DNA from: Takakia lepidozioides
Lineage: Eukaryota; Plantae; Bryophyta
NCBI GenBank assembly: GCA_030704615.1
Contig: CM060731.1
Coordinates: 20,770,001 to 20,834,000 of the forward strand
Direction of reading: 5' to 3'
Length of the DNA: 64,000 bases
Shown here: positions 1-14,274 of the stretch, one piece after another
Layout of the letters: the number at the start of each line of letters is the position of its first letter
How positions within the stretch are numbered: the stretch's first letter is position 1
Made by a program: the position numbers and the translations under genes
Notes under the pieces: model-generated
What the model saw: only the letters and a program-made list of their open reading frames with translations
What the model was told of the DNA's origin: nothing
Database searches by the model: none

Positions 1-49
1 CAAGCAGATACAGCAACAAAGTAACTCAACCAAAAAGAAGGGGGAATAC

Positions 50-2828
50 CACTGCGTAGCTTAGCTGCAGCTGCAGGGGGCTCACCGGCAACACAATCGT
101 ATCCCATATCCGCAAGATCAGTGGTATCTAAATGCAAGTCTGGAGAGGGCTTTGCAGTTCCATCCACAATCTTCATCCTTTTGGCTGGCAGCCCTCTGGC
201 AGTTCGTTGCCGTGTAAAGGCAGCTATCCCACCAAGAAAGGGTTTCTTTCCAAAGATGACATCTGGAGACAAAGCTCAGAAACAAGGTTGAATACAGGCC
301 CCCTTAGCTTGCTATATGCAAGCCTCATAGAAGTCCCACATCAACAATCACTAAGCAGCTTTGAAACTCATTGTATTATGACATCAACTTGGAAAGGCAT
401 ATAAACTGTTGCTGGGATCCCCACATGCCTCACTAATGGCCATTCCTTGTGGGGAAAATATGACGAAGCAATCCCACAGACATGACACATTCACAGGAAC
501 CGCCATCTGCATTCTTAGAGCAACCCTGCCAGATAATTCACCCATCACACAGTAAATGCATCACTGCATGAGGGCATCTGAGTTTCAGAAAACATCCAAG
601 ACACCATATTACAAACCCTGAAAGCAGCGGTGAAAGAGTCAAGGGCAACTGTTGTCCAGAAAATTGCAATTGGTAGTCGTTATCACTTCTTACCTTCGCT
701 TGAGCCTGAATCTGTTGATTCCATGTCAGTGTGCTTGCGCTTGGACCTCATGCCTGAGACCCGGCTGCGCTTCACCACTTTGGCAATCTTGCAGGCTTTC
801 ATTCCCTTGCTGTGTGAATCCTTCAACTTTATCGTCATTGTCTCTGGCAAAAGGCGCTGTGAAGACCGATTCCCCTTGATCTTCTCCTTCCTAGAAAACT
901 TGCCATCCCGCTTACTTGGTGTCTCCAACATAGGCATGGTGGTTTCAATCTCCACCGCCCCTGGAGAGGCAACCTTGGAGCTTCCTGATATAATGCCCAT
1001 AGGCGAGTCTTTTGTATCAACAATTATGCTCTGTTCTTCAGCATCCATCCCTGCACTGTTTTCTTCCTTTGTCTCAGCCATATCCAGGGGAATTACCACT
1101 TTTGTGTCCTCACTACTCTCTGTGATGTAACCATACCCTCTCAACTCCGATATTGGGCTGAATGGTTCATTTACGAGAAATCTGGTTGTTGCTTCTTGCA
1201 CAGGGCTCCATCCATCGGTCAACTCTCCTAGTGCTCTAGAATATTCCATCTTTGCTTTTGAGGTATCATTCGATGCACTTTTCTGGCCTGTTAAGAGCAT
1301 TGACTTCTCTTGTCCAACAAATAGCCCATCAACCTCCATCTCATTTGCGGGCTCATCCACCATGGAGCTCAAGGCTGCTTGGATTTTATCATCCACCACC
1401 TGCTCCAATACGACCTCTTTAGTGTAAGACTCTTCACTTTCATTTGCAGGGCACTGCTCCATATCTGCGCTTCCCCCCCATGATCCTGGGATAGAGTCTT
1501 GCACTTTAAATTTGCCGGAAGGAGACCCCGAGAAGCGATCAGAGTTGGCACTTGGCCGATTGGCATCACAAATCAGAGCTATTTCCTGCGTACAATTCTG
1601 CCACCAAATTAGAAATAATAGATGGTACTTGAGCAGAACTGAAACATTTTCACTGGAGAGGACACCATATGGCTCCAGAACAAGTCTGCCACAGTGCGTC
1701 AGCACTGTAGAGTGTGCTGTGCTTCTTGATTTTCGCTACAGAAGCTTTACAATCAAAAGCATTCATGTAAAGCATTATTTTATACTTCTCCTTTCTACCA
1801 CAATCTGAACGTGAAACCATCACCAATAAAAATGCATGTTCCCATTTTAGGATCACAAATTCATCATTTAACCTGGAAAGCAGGAAAGATTACTCGATGG
1901 GAATGGACCATATAGGACAACCGAGGAACAAAAATTAAAATCGAAAAAATTAACAATTACACCAAGATACACTTCAACTAGTGAAACCTGGCATTACCCG
2001 ATCTCCAAGTATTGGAGGAGTTTTCTGGACAGGTATACTATTGCCTTCATCCACTGGGATATCCTTGACAACAGCCTTAATTGGTTCCTGCTGCGATGCC
2101 ACAAGGTGTTTGAAATCATTGTTGTCTTTAACTGCATAACCCTTGTCTCCACCCTCATCATCAATCCGCAAACCCTCTTCATTTTTGCTTGCATTATCCA
2201 AGTCATCCAAACATGGGACAAGTGAAGAAATTGAAGCAGGCTGTCCTTTGTCTGGCAAGCCCTGGTTTGCCAGGTTTCCTATGCCTGATGTTTGCAAGTC
2301 CATCTCCAACGAGAACATTCCTTTAACTGTCCCTGGGTCACCCAGCTTGGCCTCATCCTGCTCCTCTCCAACAGCATCATCGTTTAGAAACTGGCCAGCC
2401 ACAGTAGCCAGCAACTCAAAGAATCCAGAGCGACCCCCAAAATTGGATTGGCGTCGTGCAGCTTCTCCTCGCCCCTGCCAAAGAGTGAACAATGTCCATT
2501 TATCAACAAACTAGTACATGCAGTGTTCTACTGAGCATAGGAGGGACAACCAGTTGCTAGAGCATTCTTCCTGCCCCATATCATTCCCTATCAAGGTATA
2601 TCAAAGTTAAGTGGCTACCTGAGGCGCTGTGCTACAGCAACCTCCAGCTTCGGCACCTATATCTTAAATCCAATAGAGAAGAAACCACTTGACACATAAT
2701 GGAACAGAGGAAGGGACAGAGAGAATGCAGGCAGAAGACCATACTCGAGAAGAGCGCATAGCTCGAGGTAGGGCAGGTCCATTGTAACCAGGAAAACCCC
2801 CTCCTACTCTCCGACCTCGGGCCTCCAT
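50..2828 (-). CDS. TRP/TRFL-type telomere repeat-binding protein, paralogue A (5' part; continues off the left edge). Exons about 2828-2745, 2474-~1998, ~1585-694, 262-50
   Basis: N-terminus MEARGRRVGGGFPGYNGPALPRAMRSSR|GRGEAARR...FFELLATVAGQFL matches plant TRP/TRFL N-terminal motifs. It is exon-for-exon colinear with the complete copy at 56256-63485, with GT-AG boundaries. The exon 2 donor and exon 3 acceptor are uncertain. Confidence 0.85.
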
Positions 2829-5800
2829 CCTTCCTCACACTACGCACATGCATACCATTTCCAGTTCCACCTTGAACTGACTTAAGTTATAAGCCATCCT
2901 CCACCAGAATCCCTGCAATCGGTTGATGTTGCAATCCTCTCGCAGAGCTTCTGCAAAACCCTTCAGACACCTCTCAGCATTTACTGATGAAATGCTGGAA
3001 GCCTGCCATCACCACAGGGGACACAGCCTGGTACAATACAACATTCCAGATTAGTATGTAGTCAATCCACCATGTTCTTTACACATCAAAAGGCCTCAGG
3101 TTGATGACAACATGAGTACTGCTTCTATAATGCAGACTGTTGCTGTTCTTGTTGGTCCATTAGTTGCAATTGACATGATTTTCAATTCACCATAATATAC
3201 TGTCTTGAGATATCTGACCAAGACATACGAAGTAATAAGGATCAATAGAAGAATCAGATACACCCAGGGTTGACATATTCATTGTCAAGAAAGTCCCTGT
3301 GTGCATGAGACCAATCATAACAGCAGCCTATACCTTCAAATCAATCCTCAAACTAGTAATCAAGATGTCTCATGCTGGAATGTTTCCTCTGCATATGGTT
3401 CCGCAGTCTTAGCAATCAAGTCCCAATGTCACCAGGTTTAGGAGCAGTCTAGACACAACGTGCAAACATGTTAAGGTCTTCACGACTTCAGTTGGACAAC
3501 CGGCGACGAGTAATCCCGAGAAAGAACCAAAACCCCTGGATACATCCTCGTTGCGACACTGTTATCCAACACCAGAAGACCTACACGTGCACTTCTTGGT
3601 CGCATAACAGAGCCTTTGACAACGGTCTAAATTTCAATCTTGAAAACCAGTCAAAACATCAGTCCATCGGAGCCTGCCTGATGGACTGAACCTTAGGCAA
3701 TTCGCGATGGAATGTCTGAAATACCCGTGATAACGTCCCCATGGCCATCAACCACGGACCCACAACCTACGATTCTGACACTCTGTAGACACCCAGATTG
3801 CTGCCACTAACTCTCGATTAAACCCTGCCTACCAGCTATCCATCCCAATATCTATGACAGAGGCTGCACTCTTCGCTTTTTGACATCACATGATGAAACG
3901 AAAATCCAGCGAAGGTAGTTCATTACCGACATGGACGACACACATCTCACGTGCTCATCTTCGCCTGCAACTAAACCACTGATCCAAGTGCCAGACAGAT
4001 CAAGGCTCAACGAGCATAAACAGTTCTTATATTGAATTCCTCATCTTTAAGTGAGATAGCTGTAAGTATCGACCAACCGGCTGAAATAATCAGCACACTC
4101 AGACCTCACATTTTCCAAATACCAAGGATGCCAAAACCTTGTCACTGCAATCAAGACATGTTGCAAGTTTGCATAGCCAAGAGGTAATTCTGTACCTTGA
4201 TCTGATAATCTACCGCGAGTAATCTAGAAAGTTCCTAAAGCGATAACTTCCCACGACCTTCATTGGCGTCATCACATCAATCAAACCACTTCTGTGTCCT
4301 GGATCTGCAGCTTTCAAACAATGGTCCCAGGGGCAGCAGACATGGAAACCACAGACTCAAGGTAAAACCCTGTAACAAATGAGCTATTTCCCTGGTCAAG
4401 ACAAAACATAACACTCAAAGAACGACCATTGCAAGCCCGCAACCAAGTTCAGGTCCGTCCTCACAAACCTTACCAAGCATCACCCTCGCCAAGCGCCCAC
4501 GATACACCACCAATTGATCAAGATGTCGGACATGAAACTTAGGACGCTCAGACATCACACAAGAAGTACTACAGCAGTCGACAATACAGGGACGAATTTC
4601 CTGCACCATCCCCATTTTCCACCAGAAGAATGCCTCACACTCACCAAAGACCCCAGACGACTCCACTTCTCCACTGCAAGTCTAATTCTACAAGCCCCGA
4701 ATGCCATACCCTTCGGATTCGCTAAACCCCTGTTGAAGAATCCCCACTAAACCCCCACTGGCAGTACAACTACAAATCCACACCCTCTAAAACCGCGCCT
4801 TTCCACACGCACTATCCACAGCGGAAAGGAGGAAGATTCCCACACTATAAAATTAACACAAAACCATCCTACAATTTCCGTCAGATCCCATAACTACCCA
4901 AACTCAAACACACCAATCGAACCCCACAGAGCTCAGTCCAGTGCCAGATCCGTCACCCCCACGGCAACCTGCTCACTCCACTCGACCAAATCAGCACTCC
5001 CGATCCGCACCGAGCGAGTACGAGGAGTGCAGACCAAAAGCGGAGAAGAGAAGAAACCGTGTCAGAAGAGCAGACAGCAGACCAACCTCTCTACCCCCGG
5101 TTTACCCCCCTCGTAACCACCACTCACCCTCCCACGCACCCGCGTAACCGGACTGGTTGGCGACTTTAAGTAATTACTCAAACTTGGGCTAAGTCGGAGC
5201 GATTTACTTGAAGGCGCACCAGCGGCCAATCGCAGCGCGTGCTGCGTTTTGGCAGAAGGGCAGCAGTGGCTGGCCCGCTCGCAAGATAAGATGGCGCTGC
5301 CTTCCACCCAAGTGTTCACTGTTTACCGCCTCTAAACCCCGACCAAACCCCGAGGTGCAAAGTCAGCCGTTGACAGCAGCCCACACTGTCCCCGTGTCCC
5401 GCGCACTCATTCATGAGGCGCTGTTCGGATTCGCTGCACTAGTTTTTGTATGTAAGAGAGAGTCATGGATTAGGTGGGTGGGTCAGGGTGGGTGGGTGAG
5501 AGTAGCTTCATCCATGTGGCTTCTGTAATATCATACAGAAATCAGCAACATAATGTTACTTAAATACAGTTTTAACTTTGAAACTGAGGCTACTAGTAGT
5601 AAAGGTCTGCTTCATCGAAGAAGCCAATGCCTCCTCCAGCCCAAGCCAGCATAACTAAGAGTCACTTCGCATTGCGACTACTATCCCTTTCGTTTCGTAT
5701 ATGAGTAAGTCAGATACTCATAAACAGATGCAATTTGCGGTAAGCGGGATGCAATTTCAAGGAAGGTAGTACAAGAGGATGAAACTGGTTTTAGGCCTAC

Positions 5801-7339
5801 TTGTAGTGAGTGCTGTCCACCTGGACCACTTACTTTATGGGAGGGTTCTGAAAGCGCACGTTTTTGTAGACAGATCCTGATGTTGAGGCACATTGAGTGA
5901 TGGTGGTTTGTTGATGTGTATTCTACGTTAGGACTGAACACTGACGAACCCAAGGTTGTTGTGTTGCAGGCCTCTCCCTTTGTGCCAGGCATTATGTGAG
6001 TGCCAAAAATAGATTTGATCCTGTTTGACCTGTCTTAGGTAGCACCTGCAATGTGAGGTAAAGCTCGCCTTATCAGCTAAATGCATGGATTGCAATCAAA
6101 CAAGACGGAGTCAAGATTGCCAAAGTGACAAAAAGAAAGATGAAACCCTCCCTGAGGAGGGTTGCACAAAATAGAAAGTGTTGAAGAAAGAAATGTGAGC
6201 ATTGTAGAAGGATGAGGTTTTACAAGGTTTTGTTGGGCGATCCTCTGCATTGGCCCCCTAAGATTTCGCCTGCAGTTCGCTGCCAGTGGAAGAGCGTCAT
6301 GGAAGAGCGTCCTACCATGTGGGAGGAGCCCGGCCCGCAAAAGAAGGAGTTTGCCGAGCGCTTGGAGAAATCAGAAAGGGGGTCAAACTTCATTTCTCAG
6401 CAATGCGATGAACATGCTGACAATTCCTCACATTTCGAGATTTTGTCAGAGTCAACAATTTACCATTGTTGTGTCGCAATTAGGAGAAATTTCCAACAGA
6501 AACTGTAGGAGGCCTGTTACTAGTTACCGGGAGATTATTTGATTTTTATGGTAATCTCTGGTTCCGGTTTCTTCAAGCTATGGAAAACGAATAGCCTCCG
6601 GTTCCGGATAATATCATAATTTATGCGAAGATATAACCACAAGTTCGGATTACTACTAGCCAAAATCTCAGAAGAATGGCGATTTTTACGTTATTTCCAA
6701 ACTAGATAGCAGCGACTCCATACCCAAAGATAAGGGGTCAAAGATAAGGGGTCAAACTCGGAACCTCCGGGTCTCTGTTCAACGAACAACCGAGTCCCTA
6801 CTAGTTACCAGTTACTACCTCCCCCACGCCTCACACACATACATTCCTTATTTAAGTCTGTACTCATTCTTCATCTCTGCCGCAGACTAAAGTATTGTTT
6901 TGGCTTTGATACCTCCAAGATAATTAATTGTTCATGTGCACAAGACAGGGGACATGAAACAGATTAGTACATACCGAGGCAACTGAAGTGCATTAAAGGG
7001 TCGGATCCATGCCCACGCTCAACAACTACAAACAGGTCACAAGTCTCTTCAGGAGTGAATTAGTAATTAAGTTAAGCTCGAGGACGTCCATGCAAGTCTC
7101 TAATTCTAGGCAGAGAATTCCAAGCGAATTTCAGGAGGTTTCTGTAACTTAGTTCTGTTTTGTATCCATACAATAGAACATATCCTAGAATCTCCGATCT
7201 GCATTAAGAAATTACGATTCTGCAAGTGGCGTATTCGTGAGTTTGGATGACTGATTTGCATGGAAACACATCAGCTTGGGTTGACTAAATATCATGGGTA
7301 GCACCTACCATCACACAGAGGAGCAAGAAACAGAATCTA

Positions 7340-8261
7340 CGTATCTTTCCCGTTAATAGTTGACTCGTTCGTTGCTGAAGAAACTGGAGCTGCTTTGGGT
7401 TTGATTACGAACTGCACCACCGGCTTCGGCCTTATTATGGCAAACAAGGTCCGAGTCTTTCCAGCCCCATTGTAACCTGCCCTTTATGCTTCTGCTCTTG
7501 GGTCATACATAGTTTAGAAAGGTGTCAGCTGCTGCGCTGGTCCTCTACCAGGGCCGTTTTCCGATTCAATTTTTATTCTCTTTGAGGAATCCATCTTGGT
7601 AGGCTTGGCCTGACTCTTGCCGTCAAGTTCATCCTCCTCATCATCATCCAGACGACGCACATTTGATTTGTGGAATATAATTGAGCGCAATACATCCTCA
7701 TTCTCTGCCAGCTCCGGCTTCTCCTCTCCTTCTCCTTCTCTGCAGCACTAGAGCAACAAATAGCTCTCATCATGTTTTCCACATACACCGTTGCTTGCCG
7801 CCACCGCGTGGACTTCAGTTCCAGCGTTGCAAGACTATCCATTTGTTGCTTGGAATCCGTAGTCCTATTATCCAGCGCCTTCATTGCATCGCCCACCTCC
7901 TCTGCTCCTCTTTTTTCTTTTGCCTCATCTGTAACCATCCGCAGCGCGCCAGGTCTCATATGTACGCGTCGCTCCAGTTTCCATACTGTAGTCACTATTC
8001 TGTGGGTCGGTCTTCATAGCTGAGCATCCACTGCACTTGAACTAGAATCGAAATACTTGAATTCCCCCAAGTATGTCTTGCCTTCACAGACCTCCTTTTG
8101 AACTTGGTTCCCTTGGAGTTGTAATGCCCGCAAGTAGTGCACTGGATGCTCATAGGAACCATCATACGGACTTTCATCTTCTTCGGCTGCTTTCTCCGAG
8201 GAATCTTCGCTGAATTGAAATCCGAAGGGTAGTACTTGTTCAATACTTCGCGTTCGCCAAT
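7340..8261 (-). pseudogene. YJU2: YJU2/CWC16 (CCDC94-like) splicing factor pseudogene
   Basis: GEREVLNKYYPSDF..KIPRRKQPK..KVRMMVPMSIQCTTCGHY..KGTKF, then AMKALDNRTTDSKQQMD..ATLEL in another frame. The start codon reads ATT and there are several frameshifts and deletions. The 3' end is approximate. Confidence 0.85.
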
Positions 8262-8468
8262 TCTACTGCCCTCCTTGCAGTAGAAAAATACTTTGGCGAT
8301 CTGTAATAACAGAGAGACGCTATACCCAACCACAGACGCCTTCTACCCAATACCCGTACTTTACTGTGGTCGGACTATTTAGCGTTGATGCACTTCGTAA
8401 GCTATTATTCCTTCCTTGCAAACAGAAGAAAAGCAATCATCCTCGAGAGAACATCAAACCTGCATACC

Positions 8469-9776
8469 TAGGGAATAGCAAAAAGGCCGTGTTGCGGGAC
8501 GCCATAAAAATGAGAGTTTTGGGCTGGCCTGGGGCGCTGCCCGGGGTCTAGACCATGGACCAAGCCAGGTCCTGACCAGTGTTGGCCGGGTACCATGTTT
8601 TGAGCCCTCTCCCCGTCCCGGTTATGGCGTACTCTTTGAAAAAAATGGATGGCCGGGGCAGGGTATACCAATAGGTTTGAAAAACATCTCGGTTACAGGT
8701 TCTCAATAAACACATGGATTTTTTGTTGTCCGGTTCTCAATCTATCGGTTGTGCCATCTTAAAAAAGTGCTTGTTCCATGGTACGGGTTATGGGATTCAT
8801 CCACTTTTATTTATTTTTACTTTTTCTAGCATTTTTGTGTATGTGTGTAAAACTATACACAAAAGGGCTCTGGCCTGGTGATAAGCCACTCGAGTATTGG
8901 CTTGTGGGTCTCTAGGTTCAAAGTTCGAACGTTCAACCTTGCCATCTACCTTGGCATCTACCTCTGCCTTCAGGCTTGGGGCTCTGCCCCTCTAATACAC
9001 TAAGCTTACAACTTACAACTATTGTCTTAGCCAGATGCCAAATGCCCAACTAATTAATTTCCTACTTGGACATTCTCATTAATGTTGTGCACCTAATCTC
9101 CCCAACATCTGTAATTTCTTAACTACCATCACTAACCCTTACACTTGTATTATCTAGAACCGCCTCTACGCCATCCACATTTGCTCCGTTTCTTGCTCCG
9201 GGTATAACACCCTTACAATCAGCATGCCGGTTCTCTAGCCGGTTAGGAAGCTCGATTTTTTTTCCTGTTCCCTTCCATAGCCGGTTCCTGCGGGGGCTGC
9301 ACTTTCCGGTTATGCACATGTGCATAACCGGCAAATAACCGCCGGATATGCATGTCAAGATGCCATACCCGGCCAACACTGGTCCTGACCCCAGTCCATA
9401 CAGGGAACTCATTGGGAACAAATTTTGGCTGCCGCCCGTCTTTTCCTGCTGTCCCGGGGTTGCAGTGGTCCGGGCTTAGAAAGCCCGAGAAAGATTCGCT
9501 AGCACTGGGTAAATATTCCCTGGGAGAGATTCTTTACCCTGGGATATGAAGACACCCAAGAAATATTCCAGACGAATATTCCTTGACCCCTTTAACCCTG
9601 GGTTTACATAAGGCAGTTTTCATCCGTCGACCATGTATTCTACATCGCGTATTTTCTAGGTGTCTCGCGTACGAGAGCATTGCCTCTCTCGCCAAACAAC
9701 AAAGGCGTCGTTTTTACTGAGCATCCATTTTCCTTCCTATTTGTTGGATCTCGTAAAATGTCTCTTACGAAACGAG
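8469..9776 (+). repeat. Left long TIR (interrupted by the hAT MITE at 8577-9381)
   Basis: 8469-8570 plus ~9395-9776 is the reverse complement of 20953-21474, with scattered substitutions. Confidence 0.92.
8577..9381. mobile_element. Non-autonomous hAT-type element (MITE), 805 bp
   Basis: TIR CAGTGTTGGCCGGGTA...TACCCGGCCAACACTG. Perfect 8-bp TSD GTCCTGAC (8569-8576, 9382-9389). Subterminal CCGGTT/AACCGG motifs. Confidence 0.9.
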
Positions 9777-10475
9777 GAGTATTTGGTTAACATAACAGCT
9801 GCTACGAGTTGCATTGCATTGAATTCCTCGACAAAACTGAAAGAGAACTCATTTCACCTCTCATCAAAGACCAACAACTGAAAGTGTTATAAGCAGAATC
9901 TTTCTCAGAGAATTTTCAAGGCGATTGTGGGACAGGTGGATATGACGAAGCGAATTCAAGGAAACAAGGGCTACTAACCATCACTGTAGATCCTTTGTTC
10001 ATGATGCTATGGGTTTGGAAGGTGTACATATTGCACAACGACGTGTAGTATAGTGGTGATTAGACAGAAGCTTCAGAGACTGTGGCTAGATGGGGGATGT
10101 CTTGCCAAAATCGGACTAGCTGAACAAAGGGAAGAATGTTTTCTCTTCATAATCACATTTTGGATGTGCTATAGAGAGTATTTGCATGGCAAAGGTGCAG
10201 CTATTCGATGTTGTGCTGATGGAATAGTTGCAGAAAGTGGTGGCCCTAAAATCCACTGTGAGACGGGGTAGGACCATGGCACTGCAATTCAGTGATTACT
10301 TGAAGACTGGGTGCTAACAAGTTGTATGTTGTACGCACCCATCTCTATATATAATGCCCTTCTCTCTCTGTCCCTTTTCTCTATATGCAGATAGTCTTTC
10401 ATGGACATATTGGTTAGTAAATTAGCTTGCACCCTTGTGGTCGGAGGTTCAACCCCCCTTGGCCGCAACCCTGTA

Positions 10476-10680
10476 GTTTGTTTTGATTGTGTTCTTTTTA
10501 ATTTTCAGATCCTGGTGGCAGCTTTATAAATAATTCAATAGTCCAAGTTTTTCAAGATATTGTTATGGACTTACTGGTTTGTTTTGATTGTGTTCTTTTT
10601 AATTTTCAGATCCTGGTGGCAGCTTTATAAATAATTCAATAGTCCAAGTTTTTCAAGAGATTGTTATGGACTTACTGGTT
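10476..10680. repeat. Tandem duplication, 2 x ~101 bp
   Basis: gtttgttttgattgtgttctttttaattttcagatcctggtggcagc...gttatggacttactgg occurs twice head-to-tail; one visible mismatch. Confidence 0.9.
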
Positions 10681-13161
10681 ACAAACATAGAGTTGGGGGT
10701 TCAAATCCTCTTCCTGCAGTTCTTCTTGTAGTTAGTTTTGCTTTTCTAAGAATGTTACTTGGTTGAATATAAACTCACCTAAATTAATTGGGATTAATAA
10801 AAACTACGTAAATAAATATTTCTATCTTTTAAACTTAAATATGTATAAATACAAATATTCACAAAAAATAAACATTAAAATTGGTGAGCTAAAATTAAAT
10901 TTTGTTGGTTGCCTAATAAATAATATTTACACTAAAATATCTCTCTTTATCGTGCGAAGGGTTTGCTTGTGGAGAATCCCAAGTGATTAATTGGATGCAC
11001 CAAAACTACATAGAATAGACAGGGATATGAGTCACAAGTGTTGGATCTCAAACATAAAGAAACAAGAAGAAAGTTCTCATGTGAGGCCATATATTTCCAT
11101 AGATGCTCTCATACATGTGCTACATCGGCCAAAACTTGCAAAGCCTCTCTACTAACATCAGAGTCATCTATCAACTCAAGTTCATCGATGTACACATGTC
11201 GTGTCATCGCCTCGTAACAATACCGTGAAAGGTACAAATGGAATGAGAAGCAGACCACCGAATGCGGCAGCCTTCCTACCTGGGTTGCATAGGCCCGATC
11301 TCTCAAGAGGGTGAGATCACGAGTTAATTCTGCCCCAGTAGTTGGTAAATCATCCAACACAGGCGTGCTTCGCCATTGTTGATCACCACCTCGTGGACCT
11401 GGGTCCTGTGTGCCAATGGCATCAGGGTGCTCAAGGCTTGCATAAGGATCCTCGAGGAGATGGTCTGTCCACCTACACAACCAAAAAACACCATCAACAT
11501 CCATCATGTGTTCTACCACACATGCTTCATCTTCAGCTTTTGTAGAGTGAAAACAAGGGGCTCTGCATATCATTCCCACTAATTAGTTACTTGATCAGAG
11601 ATACACACTAACCCAACCCACGCCGCAACGGAAGGGAAGACGTAGATAGGGTTTATGTTTACACGTCCTTGGCCGGCCTTCACATGTGATCGCACATCGT
11701 TGCCCAACATTCCAAACAATCACAGGATATCTTGCCAGCCCATGAGTTGTATCAATTACTAGTACCGGGGTTCAAAACTGAACTGGTGATGCAGCCCTTG
11801 TCTTCATCACAACCCTTGATCAAACTTTCCCATACACGTCACCGAAATCAGGTGTCTACAAAGCATCAGCCTCAAAATACTCTCATCACTGTGTTCCGTC
11901 GTTAGGATACAAAGGGCAAGTATCCATTTATAGACAACAAAAACCGCATGACTATGGCTTAGGAGTAAGACATGGTCGAGAGACACAAGAAGATGTCTTC
12001 GCTGCACTACACTCGCTGCAATGGACTTCATTGCTCATGAAGATTGAGAGACCCCCTACATCACATTCACAGACAGGTCCACTCCTTGAAGAGCACACAC
12101 AAGTGACAGGTAAACAATGGAATCACAATAGTCCACTTGCCATCAACCCTGACAGGTTGTGGACTCCATTGGCCTGCAGAGGGAATCCATCTTTTTGGGT
12201 TTGGGGCAGACAATGAGGTTCACTTCTAGAAAGAGCATGCAAGTGGGCAGGTGTTTATTGGCGCACTACCATTGTCTGCCAGCCATGAACCCAGAACGTC
12301 ATTTACTTGAAATTCAGACAGGAGGCAGGTGTGCTACGGGCTGCATCCGAAATGGAGTGATGTCCTTGCACAACTTCAAAACTTGACGTGTGCAGTAATA
12401 GACAGAAAAGAACAAACCGGGACAGCCCATGTGTACACACTACAGACATAACAAAGGGCTGGTTGAAGGAGAGCAGAGGTAAAGACGAAATGTAGAAGCC
12501 AAATTATAAATTTTATTTCCAGCTAACATATACTCAGTAGCAGCCCTCTACTACAAGAGAGGGCATACCATAATATCACACCCAAGGTCTCTCTTTCTCT
12601 CCCTCTCTTCCGAGAATCGGAGAAAAAATGTAGAAAGAATTGAGTATAAATCAATGACACTAGCTTGAACTAATGATTGGCTCTGATTCTACAATATATT
12701 GCATTTACTATGCTGCTAATCCTGCATGTTGGTGTCCCTCTCTACTATGAAAGAGGATCAAAAACCCAGTAGTCGGGCGTACCGTGGCAGGCACCAACAC
12801 TCGCGTGATCACAGAGAAATTACAAAACTTCGGTGGCACTATACCAAGAGAGGCCCCTAGACAGGCTTCTGAAAGATTAACTAATTTACCTCATGTCCCG
12901 GCCACTTAGGGAACATCTCTACACCTTTCCGATGAGTCATCTCTCATAGTTTCAGATCCCCCAATATCATTGCTCCACCTTCCACTAATCACCAACAATC
13001 CAGCAGTCAATCGCCATCTTCCCCCTTTATCGCAGCCTGAAAGACTGCCCACCTCACTCTGCCATATCCAGTGGCTTCCCAGCCCAAAATAATGGACAAG
13101 AATTCACCCTACACTTTGTCTAATGTTCTAATGTGAAAATTTGATCTAGGGATGGGCTTGT

Positions 13162-14274
13162 TCATAACAATAATAGCAAATGAACACATGCTTCTCTGGA
13201 GGGTAAGGTATTACACCCGTGCAGGCGGTCGTACTCCCGGAAGTAACGCGCGGGGACATGAGAATCTCGATAACGATTGTTCTCATTGATTCGTCGCACT
13301 CGGTGATGGTTCCATGTCTCAACGTATTCATCAACGGCTGCCTGGACAATCGGGATGTACACAAACAGAAATGATTCCCGCTGCCATGGGTCATCCATGT
13401 TCAGAATGCCATCAACCTCCATTTGTTGGAAACAGTTCTTGTAGAAGAAAACCACTCGTTCCCATAAGTGCCTCCACCAGTGCTCTATTCGCTACATGTC
13501 AAAACAGTCATGGAAAGCCTTGTCAATTTTTAACTATCAAACTAACTTCCACGGACAACCTTACCATGGTGCTAACCCCCACGGTGCTGACCTTGTTGAC
13601 TGCTGGGGTACTCACCTCACCCCTCGGCAGACATTATTCTTATGCAATGCGGGACATATATGTCACTCTACAAAGCTGCGAATATCTCAGGTTGTCAAGC
13701 TGCAGTGCTTTCATCTTCTTTATGCCCCACAAGAGCCCTCCAAACATCAAGGCCCTCTTGAAGTATACCAACTACAGTCAATTTGATGGACTACCAGTGG
13801 AATGCACATCCATTTTTCTCACATCTCAAGATAACCTTACAGCCCTTCACTTGCTCTCGTCATTCAATGTGCACATTTCTCCTCATTAGGGACTTCATCA
13901 TCATAGCACCTGATTATGCGTGGATGCTCCTGCTAAAAATGGACTTCTAATATTGGCTCGAGCTCCCTCAATATACTCTTTGATCAAGTTGTGTTCTGAT
14001 GCGAAATCTGATCGAATCCTCAAAGGTACATTGTACTTGGAGACTGCCTCCCTGTAAGCTGTCCACAAATACGAAAACTCACCAATCTCTGACAAAACAT
14101 GAGGTGGACCTCCCGCAATGCCAGGAGGCATCGATGATGTCTACATGTATCCAGATGATCGATTCTTGCGTGTTCGAGCATCTTCCAATCAAAGAGCTCG
14201 ATTGTCTTCGTCACTTCCCTCCTCTGATGAAAGACCTTCTCAAACTTCGCGCACGGATACCTCCTCCTATCCAA
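13162..14274 (-). pseudogene. Integrase-core (DDE) transposase of IS3EU-like type, intron-containing, frameshifted
   Basis: WKMLEHARID ... AYREAVSKYNVPLRIRSDFASEH ... AGASTHNQ | GT-AG intron 13909-13492 | RIEHWWRHLW..FYKNCFQQME.DG.L...VYIPIVQAAVDEYVETWNHHRVR. This matches the P.RVRxDxG.EN / S.HNQRIERLW / WNxH signature. Confidence 0.8.

Noticed and set aside
5600-6830. Coding remnants and short repeats upstream of TRFL-A
   Set aside because: No recognisable domain or element boundaries; only a 14-bp tandem duplication near 6724-6755.
10405-10470. tRNA gene or SINE head (also ~8866-8925 and ~10675-10715)
   Set aside because: Box A/B-like words (TGGTTAG, GGTTCAA) are present, but no convincing cloverleaf, tail or TSD.
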